Below are positions 1 to 15,122 of a stretch of 64,000 nucleotides of DNA, piece after piece. Made by a program: the position numbers and the translations under genes. The DNA comes from Auanema rhodensis. Taxonomy: Eukaryota; Animalia; Nematoda. The notes beneath the pieces were generated by a model, which saw only the letters and a list, made by a program, of their open reading frames with translations, was not told the origin of the DNA and ran no database searches. How positions within the stretch are numbered: position 1 is the stretch's first letter; the number at the start of each line of letters is the position of its first letter. The stretch covers positions 5,580,001 through 5,644,000 of the forward strand of contig OZ059899.1 of the NCBI GenBank assembly GCA_964057225.1. Reading direction: 5' to 3'.

Positions 1-3000
1 AGTACTCAATGGACTTTCTCCTCATTATGCTTTGAACTACTAATCCTTTGGTTCAATCTTTTCGTCTTGAGTATTGTGTACTTCTCTAATAATTTTACCT
101 TCATAACTAAACTTTTATATATTTAAAATTATATATTTAACTATTTTATATAATATAATAATTAAATTTAAATTTAATAGATAATATTTTAAATTTATCA
201 TGAAAAATATGAATGAACATGTTGTTCCAATAGCATTTAGCTCATAAAAACAGCCTTTTTATCAAGTAAAACCTTTTTCTCTTTGCAAGAGGATCAATTA
301 GATGATGTTTTGAGTCCCTGTTCTTCGTTTCTTCATCCGTATTGAGGAAGATACGCAGAAAAACATTGCTCAGTTGATGGACATGACAAAGACAAAGCAT
401 ATGAACAAGAAATTGAGAAATTTCCTCTGTAACACTTCGTTTTCGTCTTATATCTCACTTTTTTTTGCTTTTAACTTGGTTTTCAAGCTTGCAATGTCAT
501 CAGATTTCGTCAACCTAATATCTCAAATTGCTAAAATATTTATAAGTATGAGAATATCTAATTTGACATATTTTGTTTATTTTTTTTTACTCCTGAAACA
601 TACTTAACATTTATATATTTTTTTATTTTTAATATATATATATATAATATAAATTAAAAACTTAAACTCTCTCAAACTTTATTTTAAATTAAATAAAAGA
701 AATATTTTTGTTTTAAATATATTTTAAATTAAGCGTATTTTGGAGAAAAACTTTATACAAAATTTCTAAAAAATAGGAGATATTCGATTACACTAGAATT
801 CGAAAGAGTATATGTTATGGCCATATAGGTTATATGATTATGAATTAGAAATTATTCCAAGAATATGGATAAAATCTATTTATCTTCTTATTGTTTTCAC
901 TAATCCATATGACTCATATTTATTATTTAGCTTTTCAATAAAAGAATTATTACAATACAAAATTATTTTTGTTTTTATAATTAGAAATATTATTCAATTT
1001 TCTATGTAAAATTTAAATATAAATTAAAAAAAAAGTACAAAACTAAAACAACGTTTTTAAGCTTTTTCTACTTATTACCTTTAAACTAGCAATCAAGTTA
1101 TAAAACTACATTGAACATTTGTTTTATGATTTTGTCAAACAAACCATTTAAGCTTTAGAATGAAGTTTTTTCATTAAAGCTCAAACTTCAATGAGCAACA
1201 TGACTTGAAATATAATTATAGATTTCTTTTGATAGTTAGTTTTGAACATTTAACTTAACTTAAATGATAATTATAAGATGTATATATACATATATAGTAT
1301 ATATATATAAATATATAAATATATATTCTATGTATATGTATATGTTGTTCAAAATTCTTTATTCATACTTTCAAGCTATTTTTTGAGCTATAATTGCATA
1401 GTATGGTTTAAGAATACTAACAACTATGTATATATTCATTTTATATAAAAAAAAATAATATTTGTTGTTATTTAGTGGTTAGTGGAGTATTATAGGTAGA
1501 ATAACCATCGAACATATATTTGAATTTATATAATGAAATTTCATTTTCACTTATTATGCTGTAAAAGAAATTTATTTATATTAAACTTTTTTTTTATAAA
1601 TATAATCTAAAAATTAAATAATATATTTAGAATATATACAAGTTTTTATTTATGTTGAACTATATTTTAAATTTGAGATAAGAGAAAATTAAACTATTTA
1701 AAAGAAAAAAGTTCAATTGCATGATGTCAAAAGAATGTTCTGAATGGAAACTTTCCAAAATATCGTAGTTAGCTTTATCTATCTATCAATATTTTTCATT
1801 TGAAACTTTTTTTTTTGTTTCTCATAGATATTTCCTTGTTTTGCTCACAAAGTTAAAGTATTTGAAGCCTTTTGAGTTTAATGAGCCTTCTTTTTTTTGA
1901 GTGTTATTTAAAGAAGTAAAAGAAAAGAAAAAAAAAAAGAAAAAAAGAAAAAAGGGTTATTATTTGAAATTTTCTTTTAAAACTAAATATAATTTAAATG
2001 AAATTGTCTTTTTTTTTTGAATCAACAGGAATAATACAGATACTTTCATGTATATACACGAATGCATCATGTGGAATGAAACCCTAAAGCTGAATTTCTG
2101 ATGCAGTCTTTCAGATATTAAAAGATTTTTTTAAAACTTTTTTTTGTTGTTTTTATGACACAAGATGAATACAATGATATATCTTGTTATAATTTTTTTA
2201 TTTAATCATTTAAAATTTAAAAAAAAAACCAAAATTATAATGATAAGAATGATATTTGTATGTACATCTATATGTATGTATTTTTTTTTATATTATCTTT
2301 ATATCTTAAATATTTGATTTTCATTTATTATTATTTGATCATATTATCCCCCCGAATTAGTTTACTTAACTTCTTTGATGGATTTCATAGATTTATGGAT
2401 AGAAAAAGCTGAAAAACTATTTCGTCTTCTTCTTCTTCTTCTTTTAGATTTTCATAATCAGTATAAATCAAAAGATTGTTTCCGGTATTATTTCCGGAAA
2501 GATTAAACGTTATTCAATATATTTTTCTTTAACAATATTACTTATAACTCTTTAACTACAAATCATATTCTAAGCTTTTGTTATTATATTTCTTTATGTA
2601 CTTTTTATAAATTTATTATAATCAATATATTATACAATTAATATAAAAATATTTATTTATATTTTTTGATAAATAAAAAACAAACTAAAAACGATGAAAA
2701 TAATCATGAAACATAATAGTTTATAGTAGAAAATTCTGATTTTTAATCCATTATTTATAAATTTTATTTGTATTTTTAATATAATACATATAGTTAACTA
2801 TATAGGTATATACATAGGTATATAATAATATAATAATCTATATAATTTATAAATTTATAAAGGTTTAATATAATAATTCTAAGTTATAATTATATTAATT
2901 AATTTATATTTCATATATTATATAAAAATTATAGTTAATCATTAATACTTATTATCAAATAATAGATTAGTCTAGATAAACTTTAAAATATATTTAAAAA

Positions 3001-3036
3001 ATTTTAAATTGAGACGATACATACATGTCTACATAC

Positions 3037-3098
3037 AGTTTATGCTTTATATACATCTTCCCCTTTCACAGCAAGAAGATGTATATAAAGCATAAACT
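3037..3098. repeat. Perfect 24-bp inverted repeat with a 14-nt loop
   Basis: AGTTTATGCTTTATATACATCTTC (3037-3060) is the exact reverse complement of GAAGATGTATATAAAGCATAAACT (3075-3098). Confidence 0.95.
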
Positions 3099-6000
3099 TC
3101 AGCATTTATTCAAAACGGAGCACTTTTTCAAGAAAATGAAATTTCAAGATTTCCATTTTGCCAAACAAACTTCATAATCTTCATTGAGTTTGATTTCTAT
3201 TCTTTAAAATCTCAAATATCTATAGTCTGTCTAATTTTCACAAGATTCATTTTCTTCTCTTTCTTTTTGGAATTATTTTTACAATCTTTCAACTTTTCAT
3301 AGTTTTCTCTCTTCTTTTTCTCATTTTGTCATTCAATTCTTATACTTCTTATATCTTCTCAATTTTTATTCCTTAAGGCTTATTCCATGATTTAAACTTT
3401 ATCTTCTTTTAACTAATAATATTTCTTTTTTTTTCTGTTCCACTCTTTCATATTGCACTCATTTTCCCATTTCTTTATCTAACTAAAGGTTTATATCAAT
3501 ATACATATACTCAAATTTCTATTTTTTACAGAAAAAAAAAGATTTTAGATAGATAGGAAAGAAAGAGATTGAGGAGAGGAGAAAGAGGAGAAGATCACAT
3601 ATTCAATGTGAATGAAAATGAAACAAAAAGCAAGAACTACCCCAAAATTAAGATATATCATATACTTTTGGAGCAGTTAACTTTTATATTTAAAATTCAG
3701 TTGAAGTTCTTTTAAAAATTATAAGTTGAAAGTCAGTACTACAACCTATTTAGTACTTTTCTTACAAAAATACATACATACATATGTATGTATCTCTACA
3801 AATTCTTAATGTACTAAAAACTTTTCTTTTTTTTTTTGCAAAAAATACTTTAAAAATATTTTTAGTTCCGTTCAATTCACTTTGTCATCATTTTAAAGCT
3901 ATAAATGAGTATAAAGTTGTGAAAACAACATCAAAATCTTCATAAAAACATTCTTCATTTCAATTATTTTTATGAAATCACCATCTAATTTTTCAAATGT
4001 TAAATTGAAAAGGTTAAGTAGATATATATCAAAACTTTGTTTTTATTTATAAAATATTATTTATATATATATCTTTATTTTTAAATTTTCAATAGACAAT
4101 ATATGTCATTTTAAATATTTTTCTTTAATTTTAAAATAAAACTTAATTATTTATAGTTAATAGATCAGAAATATCATTTAGTTTATTTTAAAAATGTATT
4201 TAAGTATCTATCTATGCATTAATATATACTTTTTTTTTCTTTAAATTTATTTAAGTACATTAAGAACTTTCATATCTATATTTCTTCTTTATTTATTATT
4301 TAAACAGAAAATAACCTTAAATACAGTATTTAGATATCTATTATAAATTATAAAAATCATTTTTAAATTTCTTTGAATATCTATATAGTTAAGAATAAAG
4401 CCTTTTTTTTTCTTTTTCACTCTTTTGCAACACATTCTATTCCTTTTATGCTTTCTCGGAACATTTTATTCTATTGCCGTACAGCTCATTCGTTCACTTT
4501 TCTCTCTCTCTCCCCCCCTCTCTCTCTCTCTCTCTCCCTTTCGCCCTCTCTACCTCTACAACTCACTCTCTATTTTACTTTCTCGTTTTCGTTTTTAATC
4601 TATTCTGTCTCAACATTTCAGTAAAAGAATAGGAAGAGGAAGAAGCTGATGTCTTTCTGTCAAATAAGGTGTTCCCATATGAGCATAAGCACATGACCTT
4701 TTCCTATCCAAACCACGCAAATCTCTCTTTTTCATCTCCCCCAGGTTTTCAAAAACGTATATTGTTTCACCCAACTTGAGCATAAGTTGAATGAGAAAGA
4801 CAGAATAGAATTATCATTAGTTTATATATTTCCTTTTATAAATTAATTGATATCATATACTATGAAAAAGACAAAAAAAATTCTAAGAAGTGAAATTATT
4901 GTTTGCGACATACTACCACTGATAATAACAATTCCAACGACCTCTTACAATCTAATTAATCGAACTCCCTTCATTCATCGCCTTTCTTTTTTCTTTTTTT
5001 TTTGAAAAAAAAAGAAAGAAATTCGAGCTTTTTTTTTGAACATAAGTTCTTTTCATGAACTTTAAAATATATTTTATTATTTGAAAAAATATAAAAAACC
5101 GTGTTTTTCGATATATTTCATATAAATTATAATATTTTTCAATCTACATATGTACATATATACATGTTGTCTATACCTTCAAATAACATTTGTTCTCTCT
5201 TGTATATTAAATATTATTATTTTTTCCTTTTTATATTAATTATATATTATATTAATACTTTAATCATTATTCTTTTATTATTTTTTTAATAAAACAAAGA
5301 AGTCAAAGATTTGTACTTCAACTATGTTAACCTTTTTCAACCCCTAATTACCCTACGCTTTTCTCGTAATGTTGCTTTGAAAATGTTCTTCTAAAATAAA
5401 ATTTAAACAAAATATTTTCTCTCTCTCTCTCTCTCTCTCTCACTTTCTTTTTATTTTTCTTCTTTCCTTATTATTTATAATATTTCTATTGTCACTCCAC
5501 ATTTGTCTACATCTATGCATTTCTGTATACTCTTCCAGCTTTATAATCACTTCTGATTTTTATTTATCTATCCTATATATTTTTAGTTTAATTCTGTACT
5601 AATTTGAAGTTCTAATAATGATTTCACTAGAGAATTTTTATATTTGCATTTGATAAAGTACATTCTTTCACTGGCTTTGAGAACGAACAGTATCTTTCAA
5701 GTATTCATGATTCGAAAACATTCTTCATGAAATTGCTTCAAATCATATAAACCTTGTAGTTCTTTTTCCCAATTACATGAAAAAAACATCTTATGTACTT
5801 CGTATACTTATTTTCTTTTCTTTATTATGTTTTAAATTTTCATTTCTTCTTTTAAATTTATTCACCTTTCAGCTGCAGCTTCAGCTTCAACTTCAACTTC
5901 ATCTGACTTCAGACATAATTATTCTAAACTAAAAAATTGCTGAATCATATATTCTTATATTCTAAGAACATATTCATTCTTTTCTGATAGTTTTTCTGAT

Positions 6001-7795
6001 TTTTCTTTTGTTTAATTCAAAAGAAATTTTATATTAAAAATTATTCAAAAACTGCTTACATCATACTTAATTTTAAATTATTTATTTATTATCTGAAAAT
6101 TACTTAAAAAAAAAAGAATAGTTTGAAAAAAAGAGATATCAAAACCAAAATTGATATCTTGTTCTTTGAGCGGCTGTTGCTCACACTATGTGCTCAAGCT
6201 GTATGTCTGTGAATTTTGTCTGGATTCGTTTTTCCAGTTACTTACGCTACTGAGTTCGCCCTTAATTTCAACCTCATTTTGAGGTCCACGGATGGTGCAA
6301 GTCAATAGATTCGCTTTAGTTCAGCCAAGCTTTTGCTCTCCATTTAACTGATTCGAGACTCTGCACTTCGCTGGATTTAACTTACTCGTATTTTTATCTT
6401 TTTGTCTCTTATTGTCTCTCTTTCATTATTTCTCTTTCACTCAATCCGTTTATCTGTTTTACGTTCTTCGTTTTTGCCCTTGTTACTATTAGATTCTTTT
6501 ACATCTCACCAATTATATTTGAAAATCACGTGTAATTTACGTGAAGATGCCATTTATTTGAAAAAAAATATTGTGAACGGTTGCTCATTTACTTTAAGCG
6601 TAAGTAAGTAAGTATATATATCTATATATATCTATATATAAACATTATTTTTCTTTATTTTACGAGCATAGAAACTCAAAAGTGCCAAGCTATTTCTCGT
6701 CGGTTGTCATTTTTAGTCTCTGCTACTTCAACGGTCACATTCAGGTTCTGTTGTACTTGCAGGACATACGTAATAAGAAAAATGAAAAACGAAAAGACGG
6801 ATGACAATAAAAGGTTTTCGACGAAATATGAACGAATGGAACCTAGGAAAAGTGCTTGTAAAAAAAAAACTTTTTTTTTCCATTGAGACTGAATAATTAA
6901 ACTTTAAATTAAAAAATAAGTTAATAACATTGACATTAGAGAAAGCATATTATATAAAAATATATTGAGCATTAGTAGAAAGTGCAAATTTAAAAAATTG
7001 TAAGCTGAATATCATTTTTGAAAGCAATTGTTTACGTCATTTCGGTGATGTCACGATAACATTTGACAAATTATTGGTATACTTACATGGATGTAAGGGT
7101 TTTCTTTCTTTTTTTTTTCAAAAACTCATTCATCATATTCTCAACTTGTTCCTTTTTTCACTCATTTACTTCATTTTCCTATTACCCTTCCATAGACTAC
7201 TCAATTCTCTTCTCACACACACACACACACACACACATGCACACACATTAGCTCCTTCTTCACGCTGCTTCTCTATCTCTTCTTCTATTTTGTGTGCCAT
7301 GCTTTTGCCATAATGCAAAAACTGGTGCAATAGTTTGTAACTCTCTTTACTAAAGCCATCAACTACACAATTTCACCTCTTACGTTCAACTTAACCGTTT
7401 ACTGACGTCATTTGATTCCATGGTTCATCTATTCATTGTCAATGAACAGAATACGAATGCAAGTGAGCCAGTCGAACAAGCAGACGGATGAAGCTCACAT
7501 AAAGTGTCATAAGGGCACGAACTCATTTCTCTTTTTTTTTCTTCAACATTTTATGAATTCAAGTGTTTGGTGGTGAATGAAAATTCAATATTTCTTGATA
7601 TTTCAATTTCTACGATGCTGTCATAATATCAACTATTCAATTCATAACCTAAAAACTAAGAATATCTGAAATTTCGAGATCGTTTGCTTTCAAACGTAAA
7701 TAATTAGAAAATATTCTCTTTGATCTCCGTCTTCTTAGTTATGTTATTGTTAAGATTTGAATAACTATCTAATTAATAACATATACATAGTCAAC

Positions 7796-7798
<3 letters not shown>

Positions 7799-7844
<46 letters not shown>
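7799..7844 (+). repeat. (AG)n microsatellite
   Basis: About 23 uninterrupted AG units. Similar tracts occur at 9084-9133 and (CT)n at 4502-4535 and 5417-5441. Confidence 0.95.
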
Positions 7845-7846
<2 letters not shown>

Positions 7847-9099
7847 TGTGTATAATGTCTATATGTACATCTATGGATCTATATATGTATATAAATATAT
7901 ATTATTATTATTCTAATTATATAGTATATATATATATATAAAATATATGAAAGATAGAGATATTGTTCTCGAAATTTTTTATTTTTTTATTCATATAGGA
8001 CCTGTTTACACATTTATAAATCGAATAATTGAATTTTCTCAATTAATATGTTGAAAAGCTAACGACATTTGTGAGGTTGCTTCACGCTTCACAAGATACT
8101 GCACTACTAAGTCTCAATTTTTTATATATTTAACTATATTTTATTCTTCTATATTCAAGTTTATATATATATATATGTATGTATATATATTTCTTTATTG
8201 AATATGCTACATTTTTTCGTATTTCTTGTAATTTTTATAAGTAAGAATTATCAATTTCATCTTTTAATAATATAATTCTACAATGTTATAATATTTTATC
8301 AATTGATTATATAAATAAGTTATGAATATAAAACTCTTTTTGATCTCACTTTTCTAACATAAATATTCAAATTTTATATTAAAAAAATAGAATTATTTAA
8401 TTATTTTTTAAATAACTATACATCAAGATATACTATTTCATTTAATTAAAAGACGAGTTGCTCTACAAAATTTTGTGTCAGTAAACAACCCCGTTACCCA
8501 AAAGATCATAGATATGCTGTTTAATCACGTTGACTAATATTCTCACGTAGATATACGTGAAATGCAATACGTCATAATGTGGCAGACAGGATGATTGTTT
8601 TTGTGTTGTTTCAGCATTTAATTTCTATTTTTCCTCGTTTTTTCATAATTAGAAAGTTTTATAAAGAACTTTTGTATTAAAATTGAATATAATTCTAAAC
8701 GAATCAACAACGACATTCTCAAAGTTCTCTTGCCCCTCCCCCCCTCCCTCTCTCTCTCTCTCTTGCTATCTTTCTCGATTTTTTCTATGAACACCTGATA
8801 ATAATATTCGGATAGTCCTCATTCATCATCTTCATCCAATTTTCTTTATCTTACATCATTTTAACGCTGAAAATTCTTATTCTCAGATATTGAGTTGTTA
8901 ATAGTTTCATATTAATTATTATTTATTTAGTTATAATATAATTTTAAATTTTTTTACTCATTGAATTTCCATTTTCCTTTTTTTCTTCTCGTCGTCTATT
9001 ACAAATACATATAAATCAAATAAATTAATGATATTTTTTAATCTTTACTATATTTGAAACAGAAATAAACAAAATCAAGAAAAAGAGAGAGAGAGAGAA

Positions 9100-9138
<39 letters not shown>

Positions 9139-10254
9139 TTGACAAAGAGAAAAAACCAATATTGTATTTGGTTGTATATCTTCCACTTTCTTTCTCAATC
9201 AGCCTTACCAGAGAGAAATGTTAGAAAATGAAAGTTTATTCCTTCATGTTACATTTCCGCTCAACAAAATTAAAATTTACCTCTAAATGATAAATATAAT
9301 ATATTATATATATTATGTCTATATATGTATGTATATAGGTTTATTATATATTTAATTATAATAAAATCACTATAATTTAGTTTATTATAATTGTTGTTTG
9401 ATCAATGATGAATATCATTCATTTAACTTAAATATTATTATATTTAGATTGTGATGTTTCATTTTGAGCTTCTTTTTATTCTTTTCAATTTCATGTGACT
9501 ATAAGAATTCTAAAATCATAGCACAACATATTCTTCTCTTATAATATATAATATTATATTATACTAATTATACATTTTATATATATTTTTTTTAAAAGGA
9601 AAAATATTTCCACATGATATTTGTTAATAAAATAGTATAAGCATGAATATATGTGTGTGAGAGAAAGAGAGAGAAAGAGATAGAGAGAGAGGGAAGTAAG
9701 TAAAGAAAAAGTTTTTGAATGTTTTACTCTTTTAATGTACCCAATATGTACTTTCTTCAAGCCAACCTTCTGCTCATTCCTCTTTCAAGTCTATTCCGCT
9801 CAGAAAACGACCAAACATTCGTTCAGTTTAGAAGAGCAAGAGGACTGCGACGACGAAGCATCTATTACAAATCTTTTCGTACTTTCGACTTTCAATCTAT
9901 GTTATCCAGTAGTTCATCATATTTTCTTATTGTTTTCCGTTCCTTGATTGTCGTTTATTCCTATATTTTTTCTTTTATGTTATATTCACTGAGAAAAGAC
10001 ATTCAAGAATTCACAATGTTCTTTATCCGATTTTAAGTATAATATTCGTGTGAATTAAATAGCAATGAAAACAAGATCTAATATTATTTGATTAAAATAT
10101 ATTCTGATTTATATATTTTAATTATATGTGTATATTAGGTATAACTATATGTATATGTTCTCTTCTATTTATAATATTTCATTTTACTTTTAGGCTTCTC
10201 ATTATCTTATTAAACTTTTTAAGATTCTAATGAAATTATTTCTTTTTTTTTCAG

Positions 10255-13200
10255 GTTCAAAACGGGTGTCCTTGGGCCATTTTCCTCTTCTTCTCTCACA
10301 GCTCCCTCCTCCTCTTCCACCACGTCTTTTCAATCTATCGTCATTGATAACAATAAACCACGAACGCTATTACTTAAAAAGGTATTTATTTTAATTTTAT
10401 TTTTTTTCTATTTATACATATATATATACACATATAGTATATGAATTATCATTACTAATACTATTTCTAGTATTTTGATTCTTCAATCGGCATTTGAAAA
10501 AAAAATTCTGAATAACATTCGGCTTCTCAGCTTTCTTTTCAGCCTCTTATTGCTCTTTCTCTCATTCTCCCATGTTCTATCTATCTCTCTCAATTTTTTA
10601 ATTTTCAATCTATTCTATTCATTATACGATGAAAGCATTTTACTACAAAGCATTTTAATAACTATTTTCCTGAAAAGAAGAAAAAACAGCTTTAATTACC
10701 TTAAATGGTCAAGCTGTCACCATTAGTCACCATTTTTACAGCTTGACCGGAAAAAAAGTTTTTATAGTTATGTTTACCTAGGGACACACAATTTAGCTAA
10801 CAGTATTTGATGCTTTTTTTTCTTAAATGAAAAGCAATAACTTTAAAAGATTAAAAAATATATGTCATTTGTTTATATTTAATCAATTTTTTGTTATTTA
10901 TTTAATTATCTGGAAAAAAATTAAAAGAAAATGAAATTTCTAAGCACCTCGAAGCTGTTGCCTTGCTGTTCGCAACTTTTTTCTTTTTAATATGTAAATA
11001 AAAAAAATTTTAAATTAATACTATATTGGAAGAAATATAACTGATATATTATGCTTTTGTTGTTGTTTTATAATAAAAAACACTTACTAAGTAATGAAGC
11101 TAATCAAAATCTATACAAACTATATTTTGATGTTTTTTTAAATCAAAAAAATATATTTCTTTCAATTTAAATATTAATTTATTTATATTATATAACAAAA
11201 ATATTTATACATACATACATATTCATATATACAGTTATGTGCAAAAATCCTGAAACATCTTTTTGAAATCCTTATCATATCACACAATCTACAAAAATTT
11301 AGAAAAAATATATTTTGAGTGTTAAAAAACGATAATGAAGTCTTGTTTCTTGAATTTTAGGAGTTTCATCAAGACTTCAGATATAATCTTTTGATAGAAT
11401 TGTAGAAGTACACTAAACTTTTATTTTTTATTTGAATGAGAGAATTTGGTTGTAGCAAGTTCTCGTCACAGATATGTTTAGTAAGATTGAGATATTGAAG
11501 CTTACTTGTTTGAAGAAACATGTAGCATGTTCCTAATTTTCTCAAATTTTGTTCATCTAAGGATTATTCAAAATAACCAGAAAACACTATATTCCCTTAT
11601 AAATATAAAAAAAATATATTTAAATCAGTTTTTTTATATTAACCTACATTTTGATTGAATATATACTATATAAGCTTGCAAAATCTATAAAATTAAAAAA
11701 AAAAATTTTTTTTGTAGTTTGAAGTAGTTTTCTAGGTGTTTTAAGATATTTTTGTCCGAGGATTTTTGCAGATGCCTGTATATATATATATATATATATA
11801 ATATATATTCTATACTATTTATTATGTATATTAGTTTCATATTTTATATTTATTGTACAAAATTCAAATACTAAAACCATTTTCATTTTTTTTTGTTCCT
11901 GTTTTGAATATTTAAAACGAATATTTTTCATTTTAATCTCAAATTTATTATTGAACGGTTGTTCACATCCAAAGCTTTTGTGTCAAAATTCATAGTTGAA
12001 GAATATTATAAAATATGAATTTTTATAATATTATTCAACTAAATCATATTGATGTTATCATATCTTGTATATGTATATATAGTATATTTTTGAAAAAAAA
12101 AGAAGATTGTAGTTGAAAGCTTTGGAAATGAAAAATATTTGATACTCAAACATACATAAGATGTAAACTCTGAGAGCTCATGGAATATTGAGAATAAAAT
12201 GATATTTTCAATGACATATGTATACATATGTTTGTTAGTTTTGAATTTTATATTTTTTAAAAAATAGTTAAATCAGTATATATCAGAGTGAGTATACTAT
12301 GTAAATCATATCATATGATATATACCTACATGTATGTATGTATATGTATTATATGAATCATAATATATAATAATATATTTGAATTTAAAATAAGTTTTAT
12401 AATAATAGTCTTATATGGAAAATAATAAGAAAAGAAAAAATTACAATCTTTCAAAATATAAAATATCGTTGATATACATAGTATGTACATGTAAGTGAGA
12501 ATATGTGTATGTATGTTGCTCATACATATTTGAATCAAACTTAGTATAAGCATAGTTTATATAAATTTATTCTTTATTGTCTCTATTCATTGTCAAAAAA
12601 ATGAAGATTTTAAATTAAATTTCAAATCGTTGTATTGAAAAGAGCAAGAACTTAAGTTACTGGAAAAGTACTCTTTTCGCACATATGGATATAGGTGCAT
12701 ATTTGACAATTGGCTTGAAATATAGAGATATAAAGAGAAAACTTTGATTTTGTTTGAGAAATTTAACACAAAACTAAGTTTGATATGAGAAACTTTGTAA
12801 TATTTAAATTTGAAAAATATTAAAATCAAACAGATTATCATATATAATATATATTGTATATTGTATATACTATGCATATATAATTAATATATAAGAACAA
12901 AAGAATTAGTAAATGATTTCCCTTTCTTGTCACACCTCTTCTTTTACTTTTCTACTTCCCTTTGAGGTTAGTAAAGCAGATGTTCTATGTATGATCTCTG
13001 AGCTTTTTCAAAACTCTTTTTCTCCTGCTTATACATGGATGTACCCTCTGTTCCTTTTAGCATTCTTTCAACACTTTTTACATTACGGACCAATTTCAAA
13101 CAATTGAATTTCTTTGATGAGAATCAGCCAAAAACGAGGGAGTAATTGAAGAAGTAAATGAACAAGTAATGTATATTCTTTATATTGAATTTGATAAATA

Positions 13201-15078
13201 TAGATGAACGTTAGTATCATCAACATCTTTAACAAGCTTTCATAGTGGCTGGCACGACAAACTCGATGCTTTAACCTCTTTAAAATGATTTTGTTTGTTT
13301 GAATAGTCATCACTAACAGCTAAATTTCATTTTTTAAAGTTCTCAATTCTGGCATTCGTCTTCTGTTTGAATATCTTTTCAGTTCTTTTTTTTTCTCAAT
13401 ATACAACTGTTTTGAGAAAAAAAAAGAATGCTGTCTATGTATAATTTTATTAAATTATATAAATAATTATAATATTTCTTATTTTTAAATTTTCTTTATA
13501 ACATTTCAAAACCTTATATATCAAACACTTTTTTTCTACTTTCGAAGTACATGATTTTTTAATTTTCGGAAACTTGTGTGTGGGTTGATTTACAAAAGTT
13601 TGTTAATATATTTTCTAAGAATATTAGCTTTTACACTCAAAAGCTAATGTTTTCTTTCCATTTTTATTAAATATTGTTTTGTTCATTTCATTCTCATACT
13701 TTAAGAGAATTTCAATCGGTTTTTTCTTCTGTTCTGTTGATTTGAGACTTGTGTTTTGAGGTTATAGAAACAGATTTAAGCATTCACAAATTCTTATTAA
13801 AGCTCTCTATCGCCTTTTCTTGTCTTCAAATTCTTTTTTAACGTTAAATCCCTTGTCTACGTCATACTTCAAGCTCAGTGTACTTCTCATCACCCTAGTT
13901 GACTACACACGTACACACAAGCCAAAAATCGTCTCTTCCTGCTCATTTTCTTCTTCTTAGTTTTTGCTTTTTAAAGCTTATCCGTTAGTTATTAGCCCCT
14001 CATATGCAGAACATTACATCACTTCCTCTCCTCTTCTCTCTTCTTTCTTTTTCCGGAAAAGCTCCTGTTTACAGCTCTGCTGAGTAGTAGCCAAACCACC
14101 AGGATGCCAATGAAAAAAAAAAAGAAATAGGGTGACAACAAACGGTTGTCGTGATTATGGAAGTTATTTTTCAAAGTCTTCATATTCTATTTTTTTCTGA
14201 GATTATACATTGTGATCTTGTTTAATATATTTAATAAATTATAGAAATATATATTTATAAATTCGTAGCTTTAAAATGTCTCAAAGCAAAAGGTTATATC
14301 CATTTTTCTATTTTAAAATGGTTTAATGTATAGAGGCACTGGGTACAATTTAATTTTGCATATAAATTACTTCTAATACTATTGCTGAATTGATGTTTTG
14401 ACCTTCTATTTCAGTCGGGCATTTTTTTGCTTCATCTTCATAATTCTGAGACAAAAAATCTAATTTCATTCCGCCTTTTGTCTCGTAAAAAACGATTTTT
14501 CATTCTAAGAATTCAGGTCACGGTATTGTCTTGGTCATTTTATTTTTGCCTTGAGGCATTAACGTCGACCACAAGCAAGGGAGGAAAAACATGAGGGTAG
14601 TGAGAATAGAGAGAATTAGAGAGAAAATAACATAATACGAAGCTGCTATAGTGTCACATTCAATGTATTATTTCATTCTTTGCTTCGGTTCTAGCTAGTT
14701 GAGAATTGATGAATATGAAGATGATTATGTTCATTTATGGACTATCACATCTCTCCATATCTTCTTTATCATTTTTTTTGAACATTTTCCTCATTTTACA
14801 TATTATATAGTATAGAATATCTATATGTATATGAGAATATATATCATGTTGGTTGAAAAAAAACTGACTTCTCTCTCTCTCTCTCTACCTCTACAACTCT
14901 CTTTTTGTTTCTCTCTCTCACCCTATTTTGGTAACAACAACCTGAAGATTCATAGCGGATTTTCGTGCGTGATGAGAAGTGTTGGATGACAGATAGCCTG
15001 ACTTTTCTCTTTAAAAGCTCGTTTAATCTTTATATTATTACTTCTTCAGATGATTTTTTTACAATTTCTAGATTATCA

Positions 15079-15122
<44 letters not shown>

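Noticed and set aside
280-545. Coding-looking segment near the window start
   Set aside because: One frame is open for about 90 codons, but no convincing acceptor/donor pair or homology links it to the UBC gene. It cannot be supported without transcripts.
4550-4556. let-7 seed match CTACCTC (also at about 14885)
   Set aside because: Located in intergenic or intronic DNA, not in a predicted 3'UTR.
6165-6390. GC-richer island with a minus-strand GTAAGT donor-like site
   Set aside because: The frames examined are interrupted by stops and no ncRNA signature was recognised. It is left as possible regulatory DNA.
9719-10036. ORFs just upstream of the tentative UBC exon as a first coding exon
   Set aside because: The only frame phase-compatible with exon 10255 has an upstream stop and no ATG.
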